Position numbers and translations under genes: made by a program. Below, one piece after another: positions 1 through 8,507 of a stretch of DNA of 32,000 bases. Within the stretch, counting starts at the first letter, position 1; the number at the start of each line of letters is the position of its first letter. The notes under the pieces were generated by a model. It saw only the letters and a list, made by a program, of their open reading frames with translations. It did no database searches and was not told the DNA's origin. Source of the stretch: Gammaproteobacteria bacterium (GTDB lineage Bacteria > Pseudomonadota > Gammaproteobacteria > G965277405); contig OZ255726.1 in the NCBI GenBank assembly GCA_965277405.1, forward strand, positions 1,129,123 through 1,161,122. Direction: 5' to 3'.

Positions 1-558
1 GGGCTGGCTGCAGGAAAATTCTTCGTTGCCAGCATGCACCGCGAAGAAAATGTCGATCCCCTAGATTCGCTGCGCAGCATTGTGGCGACCCTCAATATGC
101 TTGCGGGCAGATATGGGTATCCCATTATGATTTCCACACACCCTCGGACCCGCAAGCGGCTGGAGGAAACCGGCCTTCAATCCAACAATACGCTGCTGCG
201 GTTCATGAAGCCCTTCGGGTTCCTAGACTATGTGAAACTGCAGCTGAACGCCTTGTGCATTCTGTCCGACAGCGGCTCGATCACGGAGGAGGCATCTATC
301 CTCAATCTTCCAGCAGTGACCCTACGTAACGTGCATGAGCGACCGGAAGGTATGGATGTCGGCACACTGGTCATGTCGGGGCTTGACACCCAGTCGGTGC
401 TTGACGCTGTCAAACTTGTGATCTCGCAGCATGACAGCAAGAACCGGGTATTCCAGGTTGTCCCAGATTATCTGGCGGCAGCTGTTTCCAAGCAGGTTGT
501 GAGGCTAGTTCTGAGCTATATTGGTTATGTAAACCGAACCGTGTGGCATGAGCAGTAA
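1..558 (+). CDS. UDP-N-acetylglucosamine 2-epimerase family protein (WecB/Cap5G-like), C-terminal part; 5' end lies outside the window
   Basis: The frame is open from base 1 (GLAAGKFFVAS precedes the listed Met). MHREEN, LSDSGSITEEA and HERPEG match the recalled HRREN / DSGGxQEEA / ERPE blocks of non-hydrolysing UDP-GlcNAc 2-epimerases. Confidence 0.8.
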   Translation, partial: GLAAGKFFVASMHREENVDPLDSLRSIVATLNMLAGRYGYPIMISTHPRTRKRLEETGLQSNNTLLRFMKPFGFLDYVKLQLNALCILSDSGSITEEASILNLPAVTLRNVHERPEGMDVGTLVMSGLDTQSVLDAVKLVISQHDSKNRVFQVVPDYLAAAVSKQVVRLVLSYIGYVNRTVWHEQ

Positions 559-565
559 CCGCCCC

Positions 566-652
566 ATGCGCGTGCTTGTTACCGGAGCCAACGGATTTGT
601 CGGCAAGGCGCTTGCCGACGCGACGGCGAGGTTTTGGTCAGAGCTTCCTTAG
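566..652 (+). pseudogene. Truncated N-terminal stub (28 codons) of an NAD-dependent epimerase/dehydratase (extended SDR)
   Basis: ATG at 566 translates MRVLVTGANGFVGKALADATARFWSELP, then TAG at 650-652. VLVTGxxGFxG is the classic Rossmann NAD-binding start of proteins of ~300 aa. It is too short to appear in the ORF track. Confidence 0.55.
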
Positions 653-842
653 ATCAACGGCGAAAGCTACAGGCTCAAACACAGCCGTAAAACCGACTAT
701 AACCAGAACAGCTGGACTAACGGCCAGTAGGCGCTTTGGCATGCGTTAGCTATATGGAAAGCACCCACACCAAAGCGTCGCCTAACCTCAAAACTCAGTG
801 GCTCCTTGTTACGCCGCGATCTGGACCTCTTTTAAGCCAAGA

Positions 843-870
843 TTGACAGCTAGGAACAATACGGTAGAAT
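843..870 (+). promoter_or_regulatory. Sigma70-like promoter upstream of the sugar ABC operon
   Basis: TTGACA (843-848), 16-nt spacer, TAGAAT (865-870). It is followed by GAGGAG (891-896) and ATG at 902. Confidence 0.4.
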
Positions 871-973
871 CCTGATAAGCCAATTTAAAAGAGGAGTAAA
901 TATGACTGACTAAAACAAAAACCCGAAGAAACCTGCAAGGCGCGACTTCCTGAAGACCGTAGCGCTAGGATCT

Positions 974-1924
974 GTGGTGCTGGGTGCCGGAACGTTAGCA
1001 CCAGAACTCGTGTCAAAAACCGCCAGCGTGGCATATGCCCAAGGTGGTGATAAGTTGAAGATGGCTTTTATCCAGTATATACCGCACACCGTGCCGGCTG
1101 CCTGGAGCAAGGGCATTGAAGATGTCCTGAATTCTCAGCCGACGATCGAGTATCAGTTGCTCGACGGTCAGGCTAAAGCCGAGGTTCAGGCGAGTTTGAT
1201 GGATTCACTCATTATTAACGGTACCAACGTGATCTTTCTGCAGCCCGTTGATAGCGTGGCTCTGGGTCCGTCAATCGCTAAGGCGCGGCGCGCGGGAATT
1301 CCAGTGATCACACTCAACATTGATGCGCCTGAACTCCATGCTGCGCATGTGGAGATGAGTCACTATCTAGGAGCCAAGGACATTGCTAAATCGACGGGTG
1401 CGGCAATGGGTGGTACTGGTAAGGTGGCAATCCTGAATGCGCCTCCTGGACTGATTATCCGTGATCAGCGTGAAAATGGCTTTGTCGATGGCATGGTCGA
1501 ACATCATCCCAGCATACAGATTGTAGCCAATCAGGTTGCCGACTGGTCGCGCAAGAAGGCGCAGGATGTATTCACCACGATCCTGGCGGCAAATCCTGAT
1601 GTGACAGGTGTTTATGGTATCAACGATTCCATGGCCCTTGGTGCCGTAGATGTTGCCAAGCAAAAGGGAATTCTTGATAAAATTACCGTCTACGGCAACG
1701 ATGGTGAGAAAGATGCACTGCAGTCGATTGAAAATGGCGAGCTCACCGGAACACAATATACTGACGTGTATCAGCAAGGCCGGTATGCAGCAGCCGCTGC
1801 CACGGTGCTTGCCAGTGGCGGTGTTTCGGCGCGTGATATCGGTAGACAGGGAGCCCTTTTGATGCCGTACATCATTGCGACGCTGGATACGGTAGGCCAG
1901 ATCGGTCCAGCGCAACGCTGGTAG
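974..1924 (+). CDS. Sugar ABC transporter periplasmic substrate-binding protein (RbsB/CUT2-like); 5' end disrupted, see findings
   Basis: Periplasmic-binding-protein type I fold signature by eye (FIQYIPHTV..., ...VDSVALGPSIAKARRAGIPVITLN..., ...GINDSMALGAVDVAKQKG). It is the first gene of a permease/ATPase/permease cluster. The ancestral start looks like ATG 902 with a Tat signal (ARRDFLK), interrupted by TAA at 911-913. GTG 974 is the first start after that stop. Confidence 0.75.
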   Translation: MVLGAGTLAPELVSKTASVAYAQGGDKLKMAFIQYIPHTVPAAWSKGIEDVLNSQPTIEYQLLDGQAKAEVQASLMDSLIINGTNVIFLQPVDSVALGPSIAKARRAGIPVITLNIDAPELHAAHVEMSHYLGAKDIAKSTGAAMGGTGKVAILNAPPGLIIRDQRENGFVDGMVEHHPSIQIVANQVADWSRKKAQDVFTTILAANPDVTGVYGINDSMALGAVDVAKQKGILDKITVYGNDGEKDALQSIENGELTGTQYTDVYQQGRYAAAAATVLASGGVSARDIGRQGALLMPYIIATLDTVGQIGPAQRW

Positions 1925-2005
1925 GTGTTCAGGTTGTTGTAATGTTACGAACGCGGGGCGTGTTTTACCGATAAATCACGCCTCGGGCTTTGCAGGTTTG
2001 GCGCA

Positions 2006-2938
2006 ATGCACTTGATAAACAAAATACCCAACAAGGAACTCCTGTTCCTCTTAGTTGCCGCCGTTGTGATATTTTCGATATTTGCAAATCGATTTTTGAC
2101 GCCCTCGAACTTTGAGAACATTCTTACGGGTTATTCGTTTCTGGCAATTCTTGCCATCGGCCAGGGTCTGACCATCATGGTTAGAGGAATTGATCTCAGC
2201 ATCGGGTCGAACGTTGCTTTGGGGGCGATGGTGCTTTTCGATTTGACGATGATCCTGCAACTTCCAGGATATCAGGCAATACCGCTTGCGACCTTGGCTG
2301 CCTATCGCGGAGCAGTTTATGCCATTTCGGGGCGGCAACTTTTCCCCGAACTGTCTTCAAAACCCATAACCGACCCATGGATTCGTTATCTGGGTGATTT
2401 TATCGACCTAGGCGGTCTATTGCGGCTCGACGGTGTTGTGCAACTTCCCTGGATACCAGTTTCCTTTGTTGTGCTTCTTATCTTTGCCGCTGTCGTCCAG
2501 TTTGCGGTGTTTAGCACGCGCTGGGGGCTAAACCTGAGGACACTTGGGGGCAACGCGGAAGCCGCGCATCTTGCCGGTCTAAACACCAGCCTTCTGGAAA
2601 TTTCAGCCTATGTTATTTGCGGCCTAGCGGCCGGGCTTGCAGCCGTCATCCTAGTTGGACGCTTCACGACCGCGACGGAGGCGCTTGGCAGCGGCATGGA
2701 ACTAACCTCGATTGCTGCGGCCGTGATTGGCGGAACCAGGTTGCACGGTGGTGTAGGCGGGGTGTTCGGCCCGCTAATTGGCGCCTTCCTGCTTGGTGTT
2801 ATTTTGATCGGGTTGACGTTGATGGGCGTTTCGCAATTTATCCAGCAGATTTTGACGGGTACAATACTAATTGCAGCAGTTTCATATGATCGATTCCTCA
2901 TTCATCGTTCGAAAAAGCGTGCTGGGGTGACAACATGA
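2006..2938 (+). CDS. Sugar ABC transporter permease (RbsC/AraH family)
   Basis: Multi-TM protein with GIDLSIGS, LGGNAEAAHLAGLN and AAVIGGTRLHGGVGG blocks typical of CUT2 permeases. Its stop overlaps the next start (ATGA at 2935-2938). Confidence 0.8.
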   Translation: MHLINKIPNKELLFLLVAAVVIFSIFANRFLTPSNFENILTGYSFLAILAIGQGLTIMVRGIDLSIGSNVALGAMVLFDLTMILQLPGYQAIPLATLAAYRGAVYAISGRQLFPELSSKPITDPWIRYLGDFIDLGGLLRLDGVVQLPWIPVSFVVLLIFAAVVQFAVFSTRWGLNLRTLGGNAEAAHLAGLNTSLLEISAYVICGLAAGLAAVILVGRFTTATEALGSGMELTSIAAAVIGGTRLHGGVGGVFGPLIGAFLLGVILIGLTLMGVSQFIQQILTGTILIAAVSYDRFLIHRSKKRAGVTT

Positions 2939-4449
2939 TACCCTTTGCCCTGCAAGCGCTTGCGGTATCGAAGAAATTTGGCACTTTTGCAGCTCTGCAG
3001 CCGCTAGATTTTTCGATTGAGGTGGGGGAGGTGCGCGGACTGGTTGGCAGTAACGGTGCGGGAAAGACCACCTTCATCAAGGTGCTAACGGGTGCACACC
3101 GCCCGACAACTGGCACGATTTTGGTGGACGGGCACGAACTGCCGGACAATTCGACCGCTGCGCATCTGCACGCTGGTATCGCATGCATCTATCAGCATTC
3201 CAGTCTGGCACCAAATCTGACAGTTCTTGACAACCTGTATTTAGGACGTCATCCATGCGGTATCCTTGGCATAATCAATAGACAAAAATTGCGAGCGGAT
3301 GGCCTTGCGCTTCTTACCGGTCATGGAGTGGATGTTGAGCCCGACGTGCTCGTTGAGACCTTGCCCACGGTCAAACAGAAACAAATCGAAATCCTCAAGG
3401 CCTTGGCACAAAATGCCAAAATAATCCTGATGGACGAACCGACAGCGTGGCTGTCACATGCGGAGGTAAAGCGGCTCCACGAAACTATTGCCAGACTGCA
3501 AGCGCGCGGCATCGCTATTGTCTATATTTCCCATATGATAAACGAAATTTTTCAGGTCTGTGACAGTGTGTCGGTCCTGCGCGATGGAACACATGTTTGG
3601 ACCGGCGCGGTCTCTAGTACGGATCGCCCTGAGTTGATACAGCATATGCTTGGTGAATCAGCTAGCAAACTCACCGGTCATTCCAGACCTCAGGACAGGG
3701 CAAAGCGTAACTCCGGTGCGGTGAAATTGTCCAGCAAGGGGCTTTGCCGTGCCGGGTATTTTTTTGATGTCAACTTCGATCTGCATGCTGGTGAAATTTT
3801 GTGTGTTACCGGACTGATCGGAGCCAAGCGCACCGAACTTGTGCGTTGTCTATTCGGCGCAGACCGACCGGACAAGGGAACAATCGAGATCGACGGTGCA
3901 CCGGTGCAAATCAGTTCACCCAGACAGGCAATGAACCTGGGCATCGGTTTCGTTCCCGAGGATCGTCACCGAGATGGCCTTTTTTTGACGCATTCAATCC
4001 GCGAAAACCTGGTTCTTGCCGCGCTTTCCAAGCTCAGCGATGGGCTGTTGATGAGGAGCCGTGTGTTTCGTGATGTAGCTGCACGCCAGGTCAAAAAGCT
4101 AAACATCGTACCGACCGATCCAGAACGGGTGGTCGGCTGGCTCAGTGGTGGCAACCAGCAGAAAATCCTGCTCGGCAAATGGCTTGAAACCAATCCGTCG
4201 ATCATCATTCTTGATGAGCCGACGGTCGGCGTCGATGTCGGCGCCAAGGCTGAAATCTACGCAATTCTTGATGAATTGAAGCGCCGTGGCGCGGCTGTTT
4301 TGGTTGTTTCGTCGGACATTGAGGAAGTTCAAGCGATTGCCGACAGAATTGCGGTGATGGCGGATGGGTGTCTTGGCAAGTGCTTTGAGGCATCGAGTGT
4401 TACACATGCGGAATTGATAGGCTTGATCAGCGGAAATGCGACCGCATGA
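2935..4449 (+). CDS. Sugar ABC transporter ATP-binding protein with two tandem ABC domains (RbsA/MglA type)
   Basis: Walker A GSNGAGKTT, Walker B IILMDEPT, second-domain signature LSGGNQQK and Walker B IIILDEPTVGVD. The 504-aa length fits CUT2 duplicated ATPases. Confidence 0.9.
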   Translation: MIPFALQALAVSKKFGTFAALQPLDFSIEVGEVRGLVGSNGAGKTTFIKVLTGAHRPTTGTILVDGHELPDNSTAAHLHAGIACIYQHSSLAPNLTVLDNLYLGRHPCGILGIINRQKLRADGLALLTGHGVDVEPDVLVETLPTVKQKQIEILKALAQNAKIILMDEPTAWLSHAEVKRLHETIARLQARGIAIVYISHMINEIFQVCDSVSVLRDGTHVWTGAVSSTDRPELIQHMLGESASKLTGHSRPQDRAKRNSGAVKLSSKGLCRAGYFFDVNFDLHAGEILCVTGLIGAKRTELVRCLFGADRPDKGTIEIDGAPVQISSPRQAMNLGIGFVPEDRHRDGLFLTHSIRENLVLAALSKLSDGLLMRSRVFRDVAARQVKKLNIVPTDPERVVGWLSGGNQQKILLGKWLETNPSIIILDEPTVGVDVGAKAEIYAILDELKRRGAAVLVVSSDIEEVQAIADRIAVMADGCLGKCFEASSVTHAELIGLISGNATA

Positions 4450-5375
4450 GCACTTTTGCGGACAAATTTTCCAGCCTTGCATTGCCTATTGCGGTTGTAG
4501 TAACCGCTCTTGTGTTTGGACTGGTTGAGCCAGCCTTTTTGTCGTCGGGAAACCTGACGGGCATCGTGCATCGTATGGCGACCATTGGCATTATGGCAGT
4601 TGGCATGACGTTTGTGATCATGACAGGCGGCATTGACCTTGCGGTCGGTCCTGTTATGGCGCTCGCCGGGCTTGCGTCGTATTTCTCACTTCAGGTCGGC
4701 ATTCCCCTGCCATTGTCAATCGTGGTCGGCGTGTTGAGCGGTGCGGTTGTCGGTGCAATCAATGGCACAGCAATAGCGTTTTTCAGGTTGCCTGCGATAA
4801 TTGTGACCCTTGGCATGTTGTCGATCGTGCGTGGCGTGGCGCTGACGATCGGCGGACCGACCCTCCACCAGATCAGCGACCAACCTGCGTACACATTCAT
4901 AGGTACAGGGTCGTTTTGCGGCCTTCCGGTTTCGGTGTTGATTTTTGCATTGCTGGCTTTGATTGCAGTGCTGGTCCAGAAATACACCATCTACGGCCTT
5001 CAGATTTCGACCCTTGGTGACAATGAAAGAGCGTCGGAACTGTCCGGTCGCCCCACCCGATTGCTGAAATTGTCAACATATGTTGTGTGTGGAGTGACTG
5101 CAGCAATTGCGGGTATTATCGAGAGCTCACAAGTTTACACCGCGTCGGCGAACTTTGGTGAGTTTGGCACTGAACTCGATGTGATTTCAGCCGTCATACT
5201 TGGCGGGGCAAGCATGTTTGGCGGAAAGGAGTATGTATGGAACACAGTGCTGGGTGTCCTATTTCTGGGTGTGATCAATAGCGGGCTGAACATTTTGAAC
5301 ATTCCCGTGGATGTTCAGCTAATGGTCAAGGGCGCTATAATTGTTTTGGCGATCAGCGTTTCTTTGCATAAGTAA
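4446..5375 (+). CDS. Sugar ABC transporter permease (RbsC/AraH family), second copy
   Basis: GIDLAVGP, INGTAIAFFRLPAIIVTLGMLSIVRG, LGDNERASELSG and AVILGGASMFGG blocks. There is a 4-bp ATGA overlap with the ATPase gene. Confidence 0.85.
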   Translation: MSTFADKFSSLALPIAVVVTALVFGLVEPAFLSSGNLTGIVHRMATIGIMAVGMTFVIMTGGIDLAVGPVMALAGLASYFSLQVGIPLPLSIVVGVLSGAVVGAINGTAIAFFRLPAIIVTLGMLSIVRGVALTIGGPTLHQISDQPAYTFIGTGSFCGLPVSVLIFALLALIAVLVQKYTIYGLQISTLGDNERASELSGRPTRLLKLSTYVVCGVTAAIAGIIESSQVYTASANFGEFGTELDVISAVILGGASMFGGKEYVWNTVLGVLFLGVINSGLNILNIPVDVQLMVKGAIIVLAISVSLHK

Positions 5376-5928
5376 CGGGAGGCTAGCATAGTGAGGTCCT
5401 GTCGATATAGTGCAGCCCTCAAATGTTCTGGCATTGTGGGTTATGCAACACTCAAATCTTCGAGGTGATACCAATGCAGAATTCCGACAGTTGTCTGGCT
5501 TGGAAAAAGATGCAAGACCATCGCATTAACATATTTTTTCATAGAAAATATCTGCATTCCTCATTACTCAGAAAATCATCGTATGCGGAGTATCAGCAGG
5601 TCACAATCTTAGTTTTAGTGATGCTTTGTGAGGAAATTCCCGCTTGTGAACTCGATTGTTTGGCAGACCTCATACATTGGCAAGACCTGCGCCAACACCT
5701 GCGCATTGTGCCTAGAGACAATATCAGTATGGTTACAATATTTATTACCAACATGGTACAACTTAGCGGATGAAGCAGTGAGCCATGCAGTTGCTCGCGC
5801 TTTAGTTTGCATGAAGTTTGGTAATTTTACTCTTGCAGGCAGCTAATGCGACAATGTGTGTCCGCTTGCGGAACAAGGTAAACACATAATCTTTTCAAAG
5901 CCCTCCTTAGCATTTACACTTAGGGAAT

Positions 5929-6210
5929 CTCTGATTAAGTCCATAATGGGCAAGATTGAGAAAAACGCTTATGATAACTAGACGCAGTGCATAGATAATG
6001 CTGGTGGTCTTGTGGGTGTTGCCACGCGCTGCTACGACGTTAGCACCGCTTTTTTCCCGTCGTTGTGTTGAATATACTTTGGGTTTGCTGTAGCGGTACT
6101 TGCTGTGTTGCATCCCTTGGCGTATATGCTACGGCATACGCTCAGCGGTTTGCGTCTTGCAATCATCAGCAATTACCATCAAATTCGCTTCATCAGCGAC
6201 TTAATCAGAG
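5929..6210 (+). repeat. MITE-like TIR-bounded repeat, copy 1
   Basis: Left end CTCTGATTAAGTC (5929-5941) is the perfect reverse complement of right end GACTTAATCAGAG (6198-6210). The internal core (e.g. TTTTTTCCCG..GTTGTGTTGAATATACTTTGGGTTTGC...CTTGCTGTGTTGCATCC) is shared with copies 2 and 3. Confidence 0.8.
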
Positions 6211-6544
6211 GTGTCCTTTAAGGTATACAATGGAGCGGTGCGATAAGCTCCTATATCTTGTCTTCCTGCGCTAATACCTTGAATACCTTGCGACATTAGC
6301 AGACGGTTGTTTTGTCATGTTCTCTTCTGCCAAGACTCAGACAGCAAAAGCGCATGGGGGCAGGCCAGTCGCGATCTTGTTAGCTAAATTTTATCATCCA
6401 CAAGGTTGTAGCGCAAGCTGAACACAGGTGACTTGAACATCAACACGCTGTCTATCGGCTTGCGTCCAATACGCGAATTACGTTACTTATCGCCAGCTCT
6501 ATCTAGCACAGGTCATAATTCATCTAGTAGCAACAGTTTGATTT

Positions 6545-6565
6545 AGACCTGTGGGTCTTTTTCTT
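6545..6565 (+). terminator. Weak hairpin plus T-run (terminator-like) with no obvious upstream plus-strand gene
   Basis: AGACC-TGTG-GGTCT followed by TTTTCTT. The stem is only 5 bp. It lies 9 nt from the stop of the minus-strand pal-like gene, but the T-run is on the plus strand. Confidence 0.2.
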
Positions 6566-6573
6566 GGATTGTA

Positions 6574-7140
6574 TTAGTAAATTAAATTCGCTCTGCGATT
6601 TAACTTCCACGCACCTTCATTATCAGCACTATCAACTGGTCGTAACTCACCATAACTGATTACATTAATATTTTTTTGCCGTACGCCACGAATACGTAAA
6701 TACCTAGCTACAGCTTCACCGCGACGATTACCTAATGCGTTATTATATTCAATCGTGCCACGATCATCAGCATGACCTTCGATAGTTACTTCTAATTCCG
6801 GCTGTGCAAGCAAACGAGATAAAATCACTTCTGCATGCGCATCTAACGCTTCAAACGCAATTCCCTTGAGTTCATCTTGATCATAGTCAAAGTAATATGT
6901 TTTAACATCTAAAAGTTCAGCCGTTCTTCGTGATTCTTCACTTGCTTCACTTGCTTCACTTGCTTCAGTGGCAGCAGTTGCTTGTTCGGTTGGTGTTTCT
7001 TGCTGTAGTGTGGCTTCTTGCTCTACAGTTTCAGCAACACTACCACTATCTTCGGTGTCACTACTTTTTACTTGATTTTGCGCGCAAGCACTAATTCCAG
7101 CTAAAAACACAAAAAACAAAATGGTTTGCAGTATTTTCAT
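6574..7140 (-). CDS. Peptidoglycan-associated lipoprotein-like protein (OmpA C-terminal domain)
   Basis: Lipobox LAGISAC after a hydrophobic leader, then an acidic low-complexity linker. OmpA/Pal C-terminal domain: EGHADDRGTIEYNNALGNRRGEAVARYL ... NRRANLIY. Confidence 0.85.
   Translation of the reverse strand: MKILQTILFFVFLAGISACAQNQVKSSDTEDSGSVAETVEQEATLQQETPTEQATAATEASEASEASEESRRTAELLDVKTYYFDYDQDELKGIAFEALDAHAEVILSRLLAQPELEVTIEGHADDRGTIEYNNALGNRRGEAVARYLRIRGVRQKNINVISYGELRPVDSADNEGAWKLNRRANLIY
6941..6967 (-). repeat. 9-bp in-frame tandem repeat x3 inside the pal-like gene
   Basis: CTTGCTTCA x3 on the plus strand, encoding (EAS)3 within ATEASEASEASEES. Confidence 0.9.
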
Positions 7141-7154
7141 TATATTTTTCCTAG

Positions 7155-7721
7155 TTAATATTTTAATTCAACTCGTCTATTTTGCATCCAAGCAGTTTCG
7201 TCATTCCCTTTGACTGCTGGGACCTCTTCACCATAGCTTACAACACGTACTGCTGTTTTGGGAACACCTCGATGAACTAAATACGTACTTACAGCAGCAG
7301 CCCGTCTTTCTGCTAAGGCAATATTATAGCCTTTAGAGCCACGATCGTCTGTATGTCCTTCAACTATAACAACAAGATTCGGGTTACTCAATAACGCATG
7401 TGTCATATTTTGCACATGAGCATCTAAAGTAGCGAATGCTTGTGGGCGTATTTGACTACTGTTCGTAGTAAATAAGAATACACGCTGTTGTAAGTTTGAG
7501 TCTGAGCCGAGTAATTCTAGGGATTGTGTAATCAAATAATCTGTTGGACGGAGTTCATCATCAAAACCAAACTCAGAACCTTGTGTAATGTCTTGTTCGG
7601 GAAAGTTTTGATCAGAAAAAAAGCTGTTGTTAGTATTGTCATCAACTGGAATAACAACTGCGCAACTCCCAATGGACGTCATCATAACAAAAAAAGCCAG
7701 TCGAATACTGGTGTCAATCAT
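7155..7721 (-). CDS. Second OmpA/Pal-like lipoprotein (tandem paralogue)
   Basis: Starting at internal Met 16 gives MIDTSIRLAFFVMMTSIGSC with lipobox SIGSC. The ORF could extend to 7766. C-terminal domain: EGHTDDRGSKGYNIALAERRAAAVSTYL ... NRRVELKY. Confidence 0.8.
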   Translation of the reverse strand: MIDTSIRLAFFVMMTSIGSCAVVIPVDDNTNNSFFSDQNFPEQDITQGSEFGFDDELRPTDYLITQSLELLGSDSNLQQRVFLFTTNSSQIRPQAFATLDAHVQNMTHALLSNPNLVVIVEGHTDDRGSKGYNIALAERRAAAVSTYLVHRGVPKTAVRVVSYGEEVPAVKGNDETAWMQNRRVELKY

Positions 7722-7940
7722 AACTATACTGCCATTGGCTTTGTGAACGAGAATATATTTTAACAAGATGCTTAAGTGTTCTGTAGTAAGAAAGCTGATT
7801 TCCTATACAAATTATAATTGTCAGGTAGGTTATTAGCATATTATTGTGTGAAACTCTAGGGAAAATGTAAATATCAAAATCTGATAATCTCTTGGCAATA
7901 ATAGTAGAAAGTTTACAAACTCTTGGCACTATACTAACAG

Positions 7941-8024
7941 GCCCGGATGGTGGAATTGGTAGACACTCAAGACTTAAAATCTTGTGGACGTAAGTCCGTG
8001 CCGGTTCGAGTCCGGCTCTGGGTA
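7941..8024 (+). tRNA. tRNA-Leu (anticodon UAA)
   Basis: Hand-folded cloverleaf. Acceptor GCCCGGA/TCTGGGT, anticodon arm CAAGA-CTTAAAA-TCTTG (anticodon TAA), long variable arm GGAC..GTCC, T arm GCCGG-TTCGAGT-CCGGC. CCA is not encoded. Confidence 0.9.
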
Positions 8025-8238
8025 TCATTTTTTGTTGCAATAGTATGGGGTGCATCCAGATTAGTATGTAGTATTTTGCACAAAGGTTACAATTTTGAGC
8101 GTGTAGTTTGTGTGTAATCATTTATGAAAAAACACAGGCCCGCTTGTTGTGATGCGTTTAGAGCCGCTTTTTTTTATAAGCTTTAGCATTATGTGTGGTT
8201 TGTTTGTGTTGGCGCGGTTCAGTCGTCGGTTAAGAAAC

Positions 8239-8507
8239 CTTTGATTAAGCCCATGATGGGCGAGACGGAGAAAAAAACGCTGATAAAACTTAAGCGAAGT
8301 GCGCGCTAACGCTTGGTGGGTCTTGCCAAGTGCTGCAACGAGGCAGCGCAGCGTTTTTTCCCGTTGTTGTGTTGAATATACTTTCGGTTTGCGGCAGCGG
8401 CACTTGCTGTGTTGCATCCCATGGCGTATATGCTATGCCATGCGCTTAGCGCCTTGCAATCCTCAGCAAATGCAGGCAAACTCGCGCCATAAGCGAGTTA
8501 ATCAAAG
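8239..8507 (+). repeat. MITE-like TIR-bounded repeat, copy 2
   Basis: Ends are CTTTGATTAAGC (8239-) and GTTAATCAAAG (-8507). The core is alignable by eye to copies 1 and 3 at roughly 75-85% identity with indels. Confidence 0.8.

Noticed and set aside
1367-1915. Long antisense or alternative-frame ORFs inside confirmed genes (e.g. 1367-1915, 12813-13223, 18707-19111, 24588-25163, 10138-10566, 30481-30849)
   Set aside because: These are shadow ORFs opposite to or out of frame with strongly supported genes, with low-complexity or Arg/Cys/Ser-rich translations and no motifs.
2200-2340. Possible in-frame deletion of a TM helix in the first permease
   Set aside because: The segment between GIDLS and the conserved RG is ~30 residues shorter than in the second permease and E. 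coli RbsC. The downstream loop is ~30 residues longer and total length is normal. Without an alignment I cannot tell natural family variation from a deletion.
5423-5846. ORFs of 116, 72 and 65 aa in the junction region as real genes
   Set aside because: They show no recognisable domains, are Cys/His/Leu-rich with odd composition, overlap each other in different frames, and have no ribosome-binding sites that I could see. The region is treated as non-coding or degraded.
5907-6113. Small minus-strand 'MQHSK...' ORFs inside each repeat copy (also 8118-8417 and 14442-14624) as a conserved small protein
   Set aside because: The three translations share only the first few residues and short islands (KPKVYSTQ, LAHxGLNQRF in two copies). 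Copy 3 loses the frame immediately. Conservation is at the nucleotide level with indels, which is not codon-like. Treated as non-coding repeat sequence.
7889-7940. Promoters for tRNA-Leu (TTTACA...TATACT) and tRNA-Val (TTACAT...TACAAT at 26545-26567)
   Set aside because: In both cases the spacer between the -35-like and -10-like hexamers is only 12-13 nt, outside the 16-18 nt range. Not reported as features.
7714-8121. 135-aa minus-strand ORF
   Set aside because: It runs antisense straight through the tRNA-Leu gene and its flanks, with no recognisable motifs. It is a spurious ORF in AT-rich DNA.
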